Assembly: GCA_964016885.1 (NCBI GenBank)
Contig: OZ024750.1
Span: 26,226,001 to 26,290,000, forward strand
Source: Eledone cirrhosa
Taxonomy: Eukaryota
Length of the DNA stretch: 64,000 nucleotides
Direction of reading: 5' to 3'
Part shown: positions 1-13,086 of the stretch, in pieces
Numbering within the stretch: the first letter of the stretch is position 1
Layout of the letters: the number at the start of each line of letters is the position of its first letter
Position numbers and translations under genes: made by a program
Notes under the pieces: generated by a model
Told to the model about the DNA's origin: nothing
The model's database searches: none
What the model saw: only the letters and a program-made list of their open reading frames with translations

Positions 1-690
1 GGCAGGGACCCTGCAAAAGAGATCTGTCCGAGGTGCGTGCGAGACGAAGAAACCGTCGCGCACGCATTCATACACTGCCCGGGCGTCACTGACCTGTGGG
101 GCTATGTAGAACGACTATTGTCGCGGGTGGGACCGATCCAGTTGACCACCGAGTCCATTGTCATGATCAAACCGCCACCCTCCTTCAAAAACGAAGGAGA
201 GGCGGTTTTCCTTTGTGTGATAGCTATGGCGAAAGAGGTTGTATGGTGGACAAGGTTGAAAGGGCTGAGGTCAGACACCTTTCTCTCCGGCCAACAACTG
301 ATTCTTTTTTTCAAATACCACTTTGGAAGAAGAATCAGGATGGAGAGAGAGGTGCTGTACCCCAGCAAGTTTTATGAAAGGTGGGTGAAAGTGGCGAGAA
401 TGGCCCGAGTGAATGGGCCTTCTCTCTATATCAGCCTGTAGGTTGAGGAAAAGGAGGAGGAGAGGAAAGGAGTACAAGCTCTTCGTACTCCTGGAGATGA
501 GGGTTGCACATTTTTTTCGGGGGTATGTGTTACCCATATAAACTGTCTCCCTCTATTGGGGAAAATCGACTAACTTTTAAATTCCATCTGTGATAACATT
601 TTACACGTTTTTATTGTATGTAAACTTCCCCCTTTGTATTTGTCCCCTTCTTTTGTGCCCCTGTAGCTAATAAAGAAATATATCTATCTA
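1..690 (+). mobile_element. Tx1/L1-clade LINE 3' end (ORF2 C-terminus, 3' UTR, short TATC tail)
   Basis: Frame 1 from base 1 reads CPRCVRDEETVAHAFIHC (CCHC finger typical of the L1/Tx1 ORF2 end) to a stop at 441; AATAAA then TATC repeats at ~669-690. Confidence 0.8.
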
Positions 691-810
691 TTGGAGATTT
701 CGATTGTTGAAATTGTTTGTTTTTATATTTTTTACACGACTGTATGTAAAATCCCTGGCATGTCTTTGTATTGTCCCCTTTCTTGTTGCGCCCTTGTGGC
801 TATTAAAGAA

Positions 811-878
<68 letters not shown>
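691..878 (+). mobile_element. Second, heavily 5'-truncated Tx1 3' UTR with (TATC)n tail
   Basis: Similar to 5780-5980 (gattgttgaa...tgtaaaatccc...ttgtcccctt...taaagaaatctatc); starts directly after the TATC tail of the first copy. Confidence 0.75.
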
Positions 879-974
879 CTCCAACAGGGGGCTGAAACAT
901 ACGGCCCGCAAACTACTTTTCTATGGCCTGTGGTAGAACCAATATTTCAGATTCCATTATAACTGGTGAAAATA

Positions 975-1190
975 AGGCGGTGAGCTGGTGGAATCGTTAG
1001 CACATCTGGCGAAATCCTTAGCGGTACTTCTTCTGTGTTTACGTTGTTAGTTCATATTCCGCCGATCTCAACTTTGCTTTTCATCCTTTTGGAGTCGATA
1101 ATCTAAGTACCAGTTGTGAACTGGAATCGATGTAATCGACTGGACCCTAAACCCCAAATTTCCTGCCTTGTGTCTATAGTAGAAATAATT
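975..1190 (+). mobile_element. tRNA-derived SINE (octopus-type)
   Basis: ggcggtgagctgg...gttagca (A-box-like), gttcatattccgcc (B-box-like), ctttgc..tttcatcc..gtcgataa..agtaccagt core, ending gtagaaataatt; several homologous copies in the window. Confidence 0.75.
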
Positions 1191-1989
1191 GTAACTGGTG
1201 AAAATCATCACCCACCACAACGTTTGGCCCACTGTGCCTCTCCTACAGGACGTAATGGCCGTTTTATGACCTTGAGTTTGAGAGTCCTCTTCTACACACA
1301 CACACTCATATATATGCATCCACTTTACTTTTTTTCTGTATCTGGACTACGCCCATGCTGTAGCATCACCTTGGTAAGTTATGGGGACGTCAACAAACCA
1401 ACAAGCATTCGTGGGAGGGCAAACACAAACGCAAAGACAGACACAGGCATATATATATATATACGACGAGCTTCTGTTAGTTTTGCTCTATCAAATCTCC
1501 CCACAGGGTTTGGTCGGCCCGGGCAGTGTGACTGAACCCGGAAACATGTGTATATCGTATTAAATTAACAATGAAAATAAAAACAACAAAGTCAAGTTAC
1601 TTTATAACTTCGTTGTTTTTAATTTGTTGTTTTTATTTTCATTGTTAATTTAATAAATAATATCTGACTCTGTATCTAAAGAATTAACTCAGCGAGACAC
1701 AGAACTTCACTATGGATTTTACGGAATTAGATTGAGTTTTATCTACGGTAGGGACCCTACTACCAGAGGTAGACCACACTGAAAAGGAAAAAAAAATAAT
1801 ATATGTGTGTGTGTGTATTATATATATATATATATATATAAAACTACATACATATGTACATACATTTACCTATGTGTATAACTATACATTTATATATTTG
1901 TATGTATGCATGCATTTATGTTTAAGTGCGTGTATATGTGAGATGATTTAAATAGTTTTGGGTAAGGAGAAAATTTTGCCTCCAGATTT

Positions 1990-2546
1990 TATTACCTAGG
2001 GAGATTAACACAACAGTTGTTCCTCCTCATCAAACACCAACGCCGGCCTGTATCTAGTATACATGTGTATGTATGTATGTATGTATGTATGTATGTATGT
2101 ATGTATGTATGTATGTATGTATGTATGCGTGTGTATGTTCGTATGTATAAGTATTTACCCAAACCTTTCATCACCATTGCTTCTTATTCTTGCCATTTCT
2201 GTTGGTGTTGTTCTTGTAACTGTTGTCATAGTTGTGTAGCCCTTATTTTCATTTTGTTTGATTTCTTTCGTTTTCTTTTTCTTTTATGTCGCTAAGGAAT
2301 TCGTTGACAATCTTCTTTCATTTATTTTCTTCATTTTCTTCATTCAAATGCATCCACACTGGCTGTCTCAGAGACGTACAAATATGGCTTATAAATTTAC
2401 CAAATTAAAGAGCCTTCCAGCGCTCCAAAAGCTTCAAACGCCCCCTAACGACCCTTGCTCCCTAACGACCCCTTGCTCCCAAACGCCCCTCTAAGAGCTC
2501 CGAATCACCTCCGGGAGTTCATATGCCTCCCGTTGAGAACCTTTTG
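1990..2546 (-). mobile_element. Non-autonomous hAT/Charlie-like element with internal (TATG)n
   Basis: Reverse complement of 7944-8350; terminus caaaaggttctcaac next to gtttagac (TAGA-type target site). Left end approximate. Confidence 0.55.
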
Positions 2547-3859
2547 GTTTAGACAGATAGCATATTAGATTGTAAAATAAAAATCATCGATTTGGCTGAA
2601 TACCAAACAATTCCAATGGGGATGTAATTGTTTAAATCTAACGCAGGATAAACACATAATTTGAGCACAATTCAAGGACGCATATTTTAGGGTGAGCTAG
2701 ATGTAAATATATCAAGTCACTACTCATAGAAAGTTTGTCAGGGACGAAAGAATGGAAGTCAAGTTTCTACTGAATGAGATATAAACTGTGTATGTGAAAG
2801 GATATATGTCATTACAACATGTCATTAAGAAAAGCGCGCTACCGCCTCTTCTAACCAAAACCTTTCGGAAATTAAATAATATCCTAATTAGGAAGAAACC
2901 AAATGTAATATTTTATTATAGCTTTTCACTACTACATTAGTCCATCTCAAACCCCTCTGGAGATAATTTCCTGTTTAATAACTGTATAATTTACTGGAGT
3001 TGGGGTTTACTAATTGTATCCCTTTTCTGTTGTTGTTTAGGGTGAGGTCAGTCATAACTAAGGACACCTATCATCAAAAACATTTCAGTCATCACCATAC
3101 TAACATTTAGGTGCCTTACGAACAACATTATTTGTTTTTGACTGCTTTCTTTAGCAGTTCGAGCGGCTATAAAGAAAGTGTCCTCCCCACAAGTAACTTT
3201 CTAACAAATAAATACGCAGAACCAATTAGATATACCCAGATCTCAGACATTTGTATCTGTCAGGTTTTGACTCATACAAGACACTCAAATACATTTACCT
3301 CATGCATTATCCTTATTCAATAGATCATGTTATAGACATTATCTCAATAACTATATATTTCCCAAACCCAGTTAAAATAAAATTTAAAATATGGGATAAC
3401 ACTCAATCTGATGAAGTCTCAGCCAAGTAACATCAAATATATTATCCAGAAATTAAATTATAAAAGAATATTAACAATTTTTTAAACAGTTACCAATTTG
3501 CACCAGCACTGATGCAAAGGCATATTGCGTAAGGCATATTGCCTATAAGAAATATGACTTACATGGCCACGATAATATAAACTGGCAAGACATATGTATT
3601 GAGAAACCGAACCGATTTGCAATACAAGACTGTTACTTATTCTATCGACTAATCAGTAGCGGTGAAAATCACATTCGTATCAGAACATAAATGAGTGAAA
3701 ATAAATGACACAAGAACATATTTTATATTGGTTAAAATAATTATCTTACCTAGGTTAATTGTTTCAAATATATAAGAATGGAGGAATTAGATTGTTCGAT
3801 GAGAATATCTCTCTGGAAATTACTAATGATACGAGAATTTGTCTTCTGTTAGAAATAAA

Positions 3860-4030
3860 TAATCGTTTCTACCTTTGGCACAAGGCCAGCAATTACCTAG
3901 TGCATTACTGGTACTTTATTTTATCGACCCCGTAAGGATGAAAGGCAAAGTTAACCCCAGCGGGATTTGAACTCAGATCATAAAGGTCCGTAACTCTTTG
4001 CTGCAAAGCATGGGTCCGACCCTCTACCGA
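3860..4030 (-). mobile_element. SINE, 5'-truncated
   Basis: Near-identical to 5104-5292 (tttctac..ggcacaaggccagc..ggatgaaaggcaaag..ggatttgaactcag). Confidence 0.8.
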
Positions 4031-4277
4031 TAATGTGTTATAAATATGACTGAATATGAGATTGTGATCAAGTCGTCATTCCCTCGTCAATTATTTTTAT
4101 TTTGTTAAGTACAATGTTATTTAATAATTTTTAAATTTCCTTTTGCTGTAATAAAATTAATAATTAATTTGTAATTTAAATGTAACATGTTTTTTTTTTT
4201 TGTCTTAATCTGAAAAACATAGTTCTCAACACTATATTCTAGTTCTCACTTTTACCACTCACTTGTTCAATATACAG

Positions 4278-4575
4278 CTACTCTCGCATGCATAAACAGG
4301 ACAAAAAAGCCATAGGTAACGACAGCAGAAAAGCCAGTGCAAAAGACAGCGGAAAAGACAGTGGAAAAGACAGTGGAAAAGACAAAGGAAAAGACAGTGG
4401 AAAATCAGCGGAAAAGACAGTGGAAAAGACAGTGGAAAAGACAAAGGAAAAGACAAAGGAAAAGAAAAAAGAAAAGACAAAGGAAAAGAAAAAAGAAAAG
4501 AGAGCGGAAATAACAGAGGAGAAAAATCTGGAGATGGGAAATTAGACCACATAAAAGATATTTCTAAAGATACAG
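4278..4575 (+). CDS. Candidate exon encoding Lys/Asp/Ser/Gly 12-bp repeats (KDSG)n, with an apparent 1-nt frameshift
   Basis: Acceptor tatacag|, strong donor CAG|GTGAGT at 4575/6; the 3' frame reads ...KDSGKDKGK...GDGKLDHIKDISKDT and ends in phase 1 like the EGF exons; one repeat unit near 4405 is 11 bp. Confidence 0.45.
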
Positions 4576-4758
4576 GTGAGTTGGTTGTTTTATTAACTGT
4601 TGAATGTCTATACTTAGTTTAATAAAACTGTAATATTCTCGAAAACCAAAGAAATTTTATACATACATATATATAAAAAAGAGTCAGGACACCGACGGCT
4701 GAGCTCCGGACGTTTCGACAGCTAAATCCGAACTAAGCCACCAGTATTAGAACGTGTC

Positions 4759-4820
<62 letters not shown>

Positions 4821-5103
4821 CGTGTGTGTGTCTGCATGTGTGTGTCTGCGTGTCTGTGTGTGTGCGTGTATGTTTATTTATACATTTATACAAACTAACA
4901 CACTTTAAAATATTAATAAGAAAATATATGATCACGTGACAACCTGGTTGAGCTTGTTTTGTTTGGGAAGTCTGAATTTCATAATGGGTGCATTTCGATA
5001 TATTGGGTCCTACATCTATCTCCCACACACTGTTGACATGAAATATCCATCTGCACAGTGTTATAGCTCAGCTATATTTATATGTATCTATATCTCTTCA
5101 AAT

Positions 5104-5292
5104 AATTGTTTCTACTTTTGGCACAAGGCCAGCAAATAACCAGTACATTACTGGTACTTTATTTTATCGACCTCGTAAGGATGAAAGGCAAAGTTAACCT
5201 CGGCGGGATTTGAACTCAGATCATAAAGAGCCGTAACTCTTTGCTACAAAGCATGGTATCCGACCATCTACTGATACTGCCAATCCACCGCC
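5104..5292 (-). mobile_element. Full-length SINE with 19-bp target-site duplication
   Basis: ctatatctcttcaaataat at 5088-5106 and again at 5293-5311. Confidence 0.85.
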
Positions 5293-5387
5293 CTATATCT
5301 CTTCAAATAATAAACGCAACATATATAACTCGGTTTATCTATTTAGCTGCAGTTCATTTATCCATTTTCTAACTATCTATCTTTCCT

Positions 5388-5909
5388 TAAAAGGTCGAGA
5401 GGAGGTGGCGAAGACTTACATAGCGAATTTCTGTTTTCCTCTGTATAGTGGCTATGGTAAAAGAGGTTATAAGGTGGACAAGATGGAGAGGGCTGAGGAC
5501 AGATGCCTTTCACTCCGGACAACTCATTCCCTTCTTTAGGTACCACTTTAGAAGGAAAATCAGAGTGGAGAGAAAGGCACTGCACCCCAGTAAATTTACT
5601 GGAATGTGGGTGAATGTAGCAAAAGTGGCCCGAGAGATTGGGCCTTCTCATTATATAAACCTGTAGGTTGAAGAAGAGAGCAAATGAAAGAATGGAGCAC
5701 TTGCACAACACGCTCCTGGAGTTGAGGGTTGTTCAATCTACGGGGTATAAAACAATCCATCTGTAGCGCCTCCCCCCTGTTGGGGATTTTAATTGTTGAA
5801 TTTGTGAATTTGTTTGTTAAATTTTTTTTTACACTTTCGTATGTAAAATCCCCGGCATATATCCTTGTATTGTCCCCTTTCCTTGTGCACCATTGTGGCA
5901 AATAAAGAA

Positions 5910-5985
<76 letters not shown>

Positions 5986-6022
5986 CTTTACCTATCTATC
6001 TACCTATCTACCTATCTATCTA
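5388..6022 (+). mobile_element. Tx1/L1 LINE 3' fragment with (TATC)n tail
   Basis: ORF 5448-5666 is homologous to 37-441 (AMVKEVIRWTR...FFRYHFRRKIRVERKAL); ctatctatct lies just upstream and a long TATC tail follows. Confidence 0.8.
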
Positions 6023-7179
6023 TATGTCTGTCTTGTTAGTCCGTACGTCCTTCCCTCCATTCGTCCGTCCATCCTTCCCGGCTTTTTAGTGTATCGTTTA
6101 TTGTCAATTACGTGCGTTGACGCTGTTAAATTAAATTTACGTAAATTCAAAAAAATTGCAAGGCACACAATGGACCGATTAATCTTATGTCCACTAATAA
6201 ATGCCGAAATATCTTACATCTTTACTGTTTTTTAAAAAGTAGGAAATATTGATCGATAGACTACAATAGGCACGCCTAGCTAAAACAACATTATTTTATA
6301 ATCTTCTCTACGTACGCTCACTTCTCAATTTCATTTCCTTCTCTACATTTCTTTTGACTCTCACTTTTCCTCTTTCTTTTTTTCTGACCCATCACGCCTT
6401 TCTTAACATCACGCCCTCTCTTAGATTTTGAGTGACTACTTCATTGGTTGTCTTGCAAACGTGTAACTAACTACTTAGAATAAACATGATATCTTCAGCT
6501 ACATCTGTATATATCTGTTACTAAATCACATAAGAGAGACGAAATGTGGCTCGAGATTAGTGAGATAAAATCTCTTGTGGTGGTACCATTTGAAATAGTA
6601 TAACTGTTTATACATTTTTGTGGGTTGCTCAGATGTCTAGCCACCCTATATAAAGACCCGAATGTTATTGAACATGATTGTTCATTTTTGGACAAAGGTT
6701 TCAGTGTGAGAATAACATGATAGCTTGCCGTGTTCCTTTCAGGATCATCTTCTAATTCCACTGACTTCATAGTTCCAATGACTTTCAAGGAGGGCAAAGA
6801 TAAAATATCTCCCATTGGAAACTTTTAGCTAGACAAAGCAGAACTATAGAATGTACGTCAACTTTTGGAAGACTACATTTTCTATTAGGGCTTACTTTTG
6901 ACTCATGTTTTCTTTTAATCATTACAGGTTTTCGATAGAAGAATGTAGACGACTACAGTTTTCCGGCTGGATGAGCTACAGATATCAAAGGAAGAGTTAC
7001 TTGCAACTTTAATGTGTCGCATTTCTCTTTCTATGTTTATAATATTAATTATTGAAACTATCAATATTTTAAATCCATTAAACAATAAAAAAAAGTTGAG
7101 GATCAGATTCTCACATTTTTTTTTTTTTCCGTAAATGATTGTCAAAATCAAAGCGAAATTCCCACATGACACTCTCGTC

Positions 7180-7720
7180 TGAATTTCTTGTTTGATGTTC
7201 AAGTTGAACATCTGTAAATCATTGTTAAAAACATGAGCCGGGTATAAAACTAGGTGGGCATTGTTCTGGACAGGAGACATTATGGGGAAAGAACAATATT
7301 AAGAAGAAAAAATATGAGAGTTGGCTAGGATACGATGAATACGCATGAGGTGAAAAAGTTATGCAAATATCTAGAGCAGAACAACAGATCATTATACTAG
7401 TGATGTAAATAGAAAGAAGAATAACAGACGGCAAGTCTATGAATGTCCTTTCTGATTTGTTTAATAATGATTGTGTGTATCAGTAGCATTGTTGTGGAGA
7501 TTTGAGCTGAAGTATAATGTGGGTTTAAGTTGAACCTAGTAGAGTGTTAGAAATTGAGTGGGATTGATGTATTTTCTGGCTCTATATATGGAATTTAATG
7601 TGTGTGAAACAATTTATTCCTGTGTTATTTCTTAGGTTTCATCAGATGTTCCAATATTTGTATCAATGTTGAAAGTCTTAAGTGTATGTTAATCATAATT
7701 AGAGAGTACAAGGTACGACA
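7180..7720 (-). pseudogene. Decayed RT C-terminal region of an APE-type LINE (Jockey/CR1-like)
   Basis: Minus strand reads ...IYRARKYINPTQFLTLY*VQLKP..., resembling post-RT LINE motifs; many stops. Confidence 0.45.
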
Positions 7721-7943
7721 TTATGTAACAGATGTATGTAGTGACAGAATTGTTTTTTTGGGGGGAGAACGTTATCCTCTTCATATTGACAGATGTTCCC
7801 AAAACCATGGATTCACTTTATGTTGGTGTGAATTAATGGTATTGCGTACAAGTGACACATGTATGTGACAATCTAAGCAGGAGTAAAGTGTAGCAAATTT
7901 TGAGTTGCAGAGTGCCTCATTAGAGGCAATAACAATGTAGAGC

Positions 7944-8355
7944 AAAGGTTCTCAACGGGGGGCATATGACCCCGGGGGCGTTTCGTAGCTCCAGGGGGGG
8001 GGGGGCGTTTTGGAGCAAGGGGCGTGGGGAGAGGTGTATGAAGATTTGGGGGCGCTAGGCTATTTACTTAGGTAGATTTTATAAGCCATATTTTTACGGC
8101 TCTGAGACAGCCAATCAGAATGCATTTGAATAAAGAAAACTAAGAAAATAAATAAAAGAAGCTTGTCAACCAATTCCCCAGGGAGATAAATGAAAAACGA
8201 AAGAAATCAAAGAAAATGAATATAAGGACAACGACAACTTTTACAACAGTTACAAGAACAACAGAATCGACAAGAAAAAGAAGCAATGGTGATGAAAGGT
8301 TTGGGTGTATACATATACATACATAGAATCATACAAACACATGCATACATACATC
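7944..8355 (+). mobile_element. hAT/Charlie-like non-autonomous element end
   Basis: atgtagag|caaaggttctcaac terminus; homologous to ~2165-2546(-) and 23510-23606(-). Confidence 0.6.
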
Positions 8356-8356
8356 G

Positions 8357-8949
8357 TTTTCGAGTACGGCCACTACTTTATATCCATGTAGAAGAACCCC
8401 TACCGATGCGCTGAAAAAGTGTGACTTTTTAGACCAGCCGGCGACTTGAAAACTCTGGTACAAACACTACATCTGTGACATTTATTGACACATATTGCTG
8501 GGCCCATGGTGCCATGTGGCGACAAGGGCAGAGATATCTCCAGATATAAAGCAATGCCTGTGCCGTGAAGCCTTTATAGTGAGCAAAGGCACTGCACAAA
8601 GCCAGTCCCACTCTCTTAACCATGATGATATTTACCAAAAAGAAGAACAAGTCAACATCATTGGATACCATCAGGGTTGCAGGTGTTATATCAGAGTTTT
8701 CCTTCTCCTAGAATTCTGCCTTGACAAAGGCTAAGGGGTCATCTCTCCCAGTGATTTTGGATGGCCATTGACTCTTAAGAGCTCCGTTGCCCTTTGATAG
8801 GTTTTGTTTTTAGTCCTGCAGGATGTCCAAAGTCACCCTCCTCACCAAGAAACCTTGGTGGGGTTGCCAGTTTAGTCGCCAACGACCCGACCATGAGACA
8901 GGCTGTACTGGAATACATGTTACCAGTAGCACCAACTGGTGACCTGACA
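8357..8949 (-). mobile_element. ~590-bp non-autonomous retroelement (RTE-like 5' region) flanked by (TATG)n
   Basis: Highly similar second copy at 22717-23325(+); both are bounded by tatg repeats; the gtcg..gcgactaa and ggagaaggaaaactctga motifs recall RTE 5' UTRs. Confidence 0.6.
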
Positions 8950-9148
8950 TACATACATACATACATACATACATACATACATACATACATACATACGATA
9001 GCGACCGTTGTGGTCAGTGTCTGATAATCGGACGTGTGTAATTACGGCTTACATGAAGGCAACATACTATATATTGGAAAAAGTTGAGCTACATTACGCG
9101 GTAAGATTACATACAATAATTCTACATAAGTGTTTGAACTGTAAGTGT

Positions 9149-9430
9149 GTTGTAAAACACCTATTTATATGAACGATACATACACTTTAACATATAAATG
9201 CAACGTTGTTATATTACATTTATAAAGAAATATACAAGTAACGTTTTCGATTCAGAAACAAAACATAGGTGTTTGAAATGTGAATATGTTGTGAATAAGT
9301 TGTAGAACACCTATTTATATGAATGATACATAAACATTAACATATAAATACAGCGTTGTTATATTATATTACATTCATAAAGAAATATACTAAGTAACGG
9401 TTCTTTTTGTTCTCGATTCAAGAACAACGT
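9149..9430. repeat. Diverged ~150-bp tandem duplication
   Basis: ttgta.aacacctatttatatgaa.gataca... at ~9150 and ~9300. Confidence 0.75.
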
Positions 9431-9593
9431 TTAAAACACAGTTGTAGAATTAAAAACTAACTGAAAAGAAATATTACCCAAGCTGTGAAAATCTTTAAAT
9501 TTGATTCTGATAGAACTTTGTCGAAACTTTTAAAGAAGATCATCGACTATTTTGAAAAATAAATACGAAATATTAGTGAATAGACGAACTCAT

Positions 9594-11945
9594 CATGGTA
9601 AAATGTACAAGTCTCCTTCGACCAAATCGCAACTACAACCGTTGTATACAGTGAAGGCACGAGCTTAACCAAGAATTATATGAAGCATACAAACAATCTG
9701 AACCCCAAAAGTTCGGTTTTATGCAAAGGCTAAAAACTTTGTGGAACTCCAAACACCCAGAATTAGACTTTTCTCCAAAGCATTTAAATGAACAGGCAAA
9801 ACGTATCATTAGATGTAAATTGATACATCTAACGGAATTGAGTGATACTACAAATACAGCCCTTGCAGACAACCACCCCACCTCCACTGACAGACAAAGA
9901 GAATGGCCAGCTAAATCTAACAGTGAACAGCTCACCAACAATTTTGCTGAAATCCATCCCACTTCCACTGAAGAACAGCGAGAAAGGTCAGCTAACTCTA
10001 GTAGTAATTGTCACCACATCAACAACGAGGCTGAAATTCATGACTCTACTGTACAAACAGAAGACCAAAAACTAGTGGACACCTTACAAGTGAAATGGGA
10101 CGATATGTTTCAAGAGATACACAGCGTTAATGTGAGTGACAGACCATACAAGACCAGAACCAGTAAAGAACCCACTAAATTGGAATTGGAAGCGGTGAAC
10201 GAAATAGCTGGCAATTATCTGAAGGTTATACGATCTAAAGGTGTAGAAACGACATTTGAAACGCTTAATATTTTGTTATGTTTCAGCTGTCACATTGCTA
10301 TCATATAACACACATCTAAAACTACGTAATCAAGATACAAACAAAAAGCCTGAACCAGCGTGCATGCGAAATTTAAAAAGCAAAATTTTGTCCCAAAGAC
10401 GAAGTATCTCACACATCGCAGTCGTTATGAAATGCAACATAGAGAGCAACTTCACACGACACCAGGAAGACCTAAAAAAAAAGTTAGAGAGACGATTTGG
10501 AGATACAAAATTTAAAACTTTGAACTCCAAATTACACCAGTTGAAACAACAACTCACAGCTACAACAGAAAGACTAAAATATAAGTCAACAGCACATAAA
10601 CGACAAGTACTAAATAGATTGTTTGCCAGAGATCCTAAATCAGTTTATCGCAGCTTCGGTGGCAAAAGCTCAATCCCTGTAAATGACACCCCTTCAAAAG
10701 AACAGGTTGAGAGCTACTGGAGATCTGTATGGGAAACGGATGACGGATTCAACCGACAAACTAATTGGCTAAAAGAACTGGAACAGGACTACTGCCAACA
10801 TGTCCAGACAAAACAATATGACATAGATGGGTCAATACTGGAAACAGCTCTACAGAAAATGTCGAATAGGAAATCACCAGGCCGAGACCTCATTACAGGA
10901 TACTGGTTGAAGAATTTCACTTTCTATCGGCAAGATCTCATACGGCTGTTTACAGAAACCATTAAAGGCACACAAGAACTGCCCAGATGATTATCAACTG
11001 CCACTACTCTCCTCATTCCCCAAAATAGCCAAACCACCCTTGCTAAAAATTACCGCCCAATAGCCTGCCAAAACATCATGTATAAATTATATACTGGGTG
11101 CCTTAACCTGTTCTTACAGGATCACTGTGATACCAACAACATCATAACACCTGAGCAAGCTGGTAGAAAGAGGGAGGTGTGGGGTTGCATAGATCACCTA
11201 CTAACTAATAAAATGATTCAGGAAAAAACAACAAAGAATCGCAGAAACATGACTGTGGTGTGGCTGGACTATCAAAAAGCATTTGATAGTGTACCTCATG
11301 GGTGGATTATTAAGGCTTTACAGTTAGCCAAAGTCCCACAAACATTGGTAGCTGCTGTTGAACGCATGACCAAGAACTGGTACACCGATTTGATCCTTAG
11401 AGGTGAGAAGGAGCAAGTTAAGACTGATAAGATACATTACCAGAAGGGCATCTTTCAGGGTGATAGCTTGTCAGTGCTACTCTTCGTTCTCTCACTAAAT
11501 CCACTATCTTACCTACTCAGAAAACAAGGTGGACAAAGAAGTGGGTCCAGAAGTATCTCCCATCTTTTCTTTGTTGATTACCTGAAGTTGTATGGGCCAA
11601 ATACCAATGACACCAAGAAACAATTGGACCTCATTACACAATTTTAAACACAGGAGTTTACAAATCCAGTATCCAAGATACACCTTTACCTTCATACCCA
11701 TCATTATTGGATCTACGGGTTATATACTAACCCGCTTGAACCAAAGTATGACTGAACTTGGATTTGCGGACAAAGAGCGCAGCTCCCTCATTTATAGTCT
11801 ACAAATGGATGCGATAGCCGGTACCTTCAAAATTTTCAAAACATTCTTGCGATTCAAGGGATGGCAATTTCTTTTCTTTTACAACCTTGCCACCAGTCAA
11901 CGCGATCAGTCGCATATTTTGGCGTGGGAGGCTATTTATTAAATT
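9594..11945 (+). mobile_element. Degenerate RLE-type (R4/Dong-like) non-LTR retrotransposon, internally deleted
   Basis: Broken ORFs with [35 protein letters not shown] and HLFFVDYLKLY, then an abrupt jump at ~11645 to the RLE C-terminus (IPIIIGSTG). Confidence 0.85.
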
Positions 11946-12105
11946 TAAGATGAATACTATCTCCGACAGTAATGCCACAACTACAGTCATGTTGAATAAT
12001 TGGTTATTCTTCTAACTATATCTTCTGAAGACACCTTTTATTCGAATTCGTATAGATATCCGGATAATTACATAATTCATTTTACAAGGATTTGCTACAA
12101 ACAGC

Positions 12106-13086
12106 ATGGCTGAACACAACATCAACAAAAAAATTAAGGAAGTACCGAAGACAAATAACAAGGAAGGTAAACAAACTTTATTCAGTTGTAGCTACAGAAG
12201 AAACCTAAATTATAAATCGCATTTCTCTTGGAGTTGCGAACTTAATAATGATTTATTTAATTGTTATAAAATGTCAAAAACCAATCCCTCCATTGGCTAT
12301 ATGAACAGAATGAAGCTACACTGGGACGAAATACACCCAGAGCTAAATTATTTCCCAGCGAAACAATTACGCCAACAAGCGACGTTTGTTGAACGTAAAA
12401 ATAAGATAAATATTATTAATTGTAAGTCCCCCACAACAAACATGTTATCAACAGCACGTGCTACAGGTCGCCATGCTACTAGACTTCCTAGCAGCCAGGT
12501 CGAACAGCGCCTTGAAACAACTATGCCTGTAAGAAACTTGACACCACCTGTACCATCTAAGTCTACCTCGAATGGTGGGGAAAACACCATCGATAATAAT
12601 AATAATCGAAGAAATAATAATAATAATCGAAGAAATTTGACACCACGTGTACCATCCGAGTCTACCTCGACTGTTGTGGAAAATACTATCGATAATGATA
12701 ATAATCAAAAGTATAAACAATTGAAATATTCCCTCAACGAAATCTTCCAGTGAGAAATTAATTTATGTATAAACCTCTCTCTTGCTGAACGTATTAAAAC
12801 GACAATGTTTCATAAAAAAACAAATAATGAAATATTACGTGTTGACGAAATAGGGGATGAATATTTACGACGGATAAAAACCCCAACATTTTGGCAAATC
12901 AACGCCTGTTTATATGCCTTAGCAACGACAGTGAAGCATTATCAAACACACAGCATTATCAAACACACAAAAAACCTCATTCCTCACCAACAAAGAGTGA
13001 AAAATAAAATAGAGACGATGTTTGGTAACAGTAGAACCAGAACTCTCCAATATAAGCTGATCACCATCAAACAAGAATTGAAGTGA
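12106..13086 (+). mobile_element. N-terminal part of a second RLE LINE related to 9594-11945
   Basis: GYMNRMKLHWDEIHPELNYFPAKQLRQQA parallels GFMQRLKTLWNSKHPELDFSPKHLNEQA; cut off by the CRE element. Confidence 0.75.

Noticed and set aside
975-1065. tRNA-like A/B boxes
   Set aside because: SINE head; no cloverleaf can be formed.
3408-3460. CUGAUGA followed by a distant GAAA
   Set aside because: No pairing for stem I or II; similar isolated hits at ~7640, ~20995, ~27786 and ~30052 were also dismissed.
6495-7030. 106-aa minus-strand ORF in non-repetitive sequence
   Set aside because: No recognisable motif or splice pattern and stops upstream; could be an unrecognised relic, needs tBLASTn.
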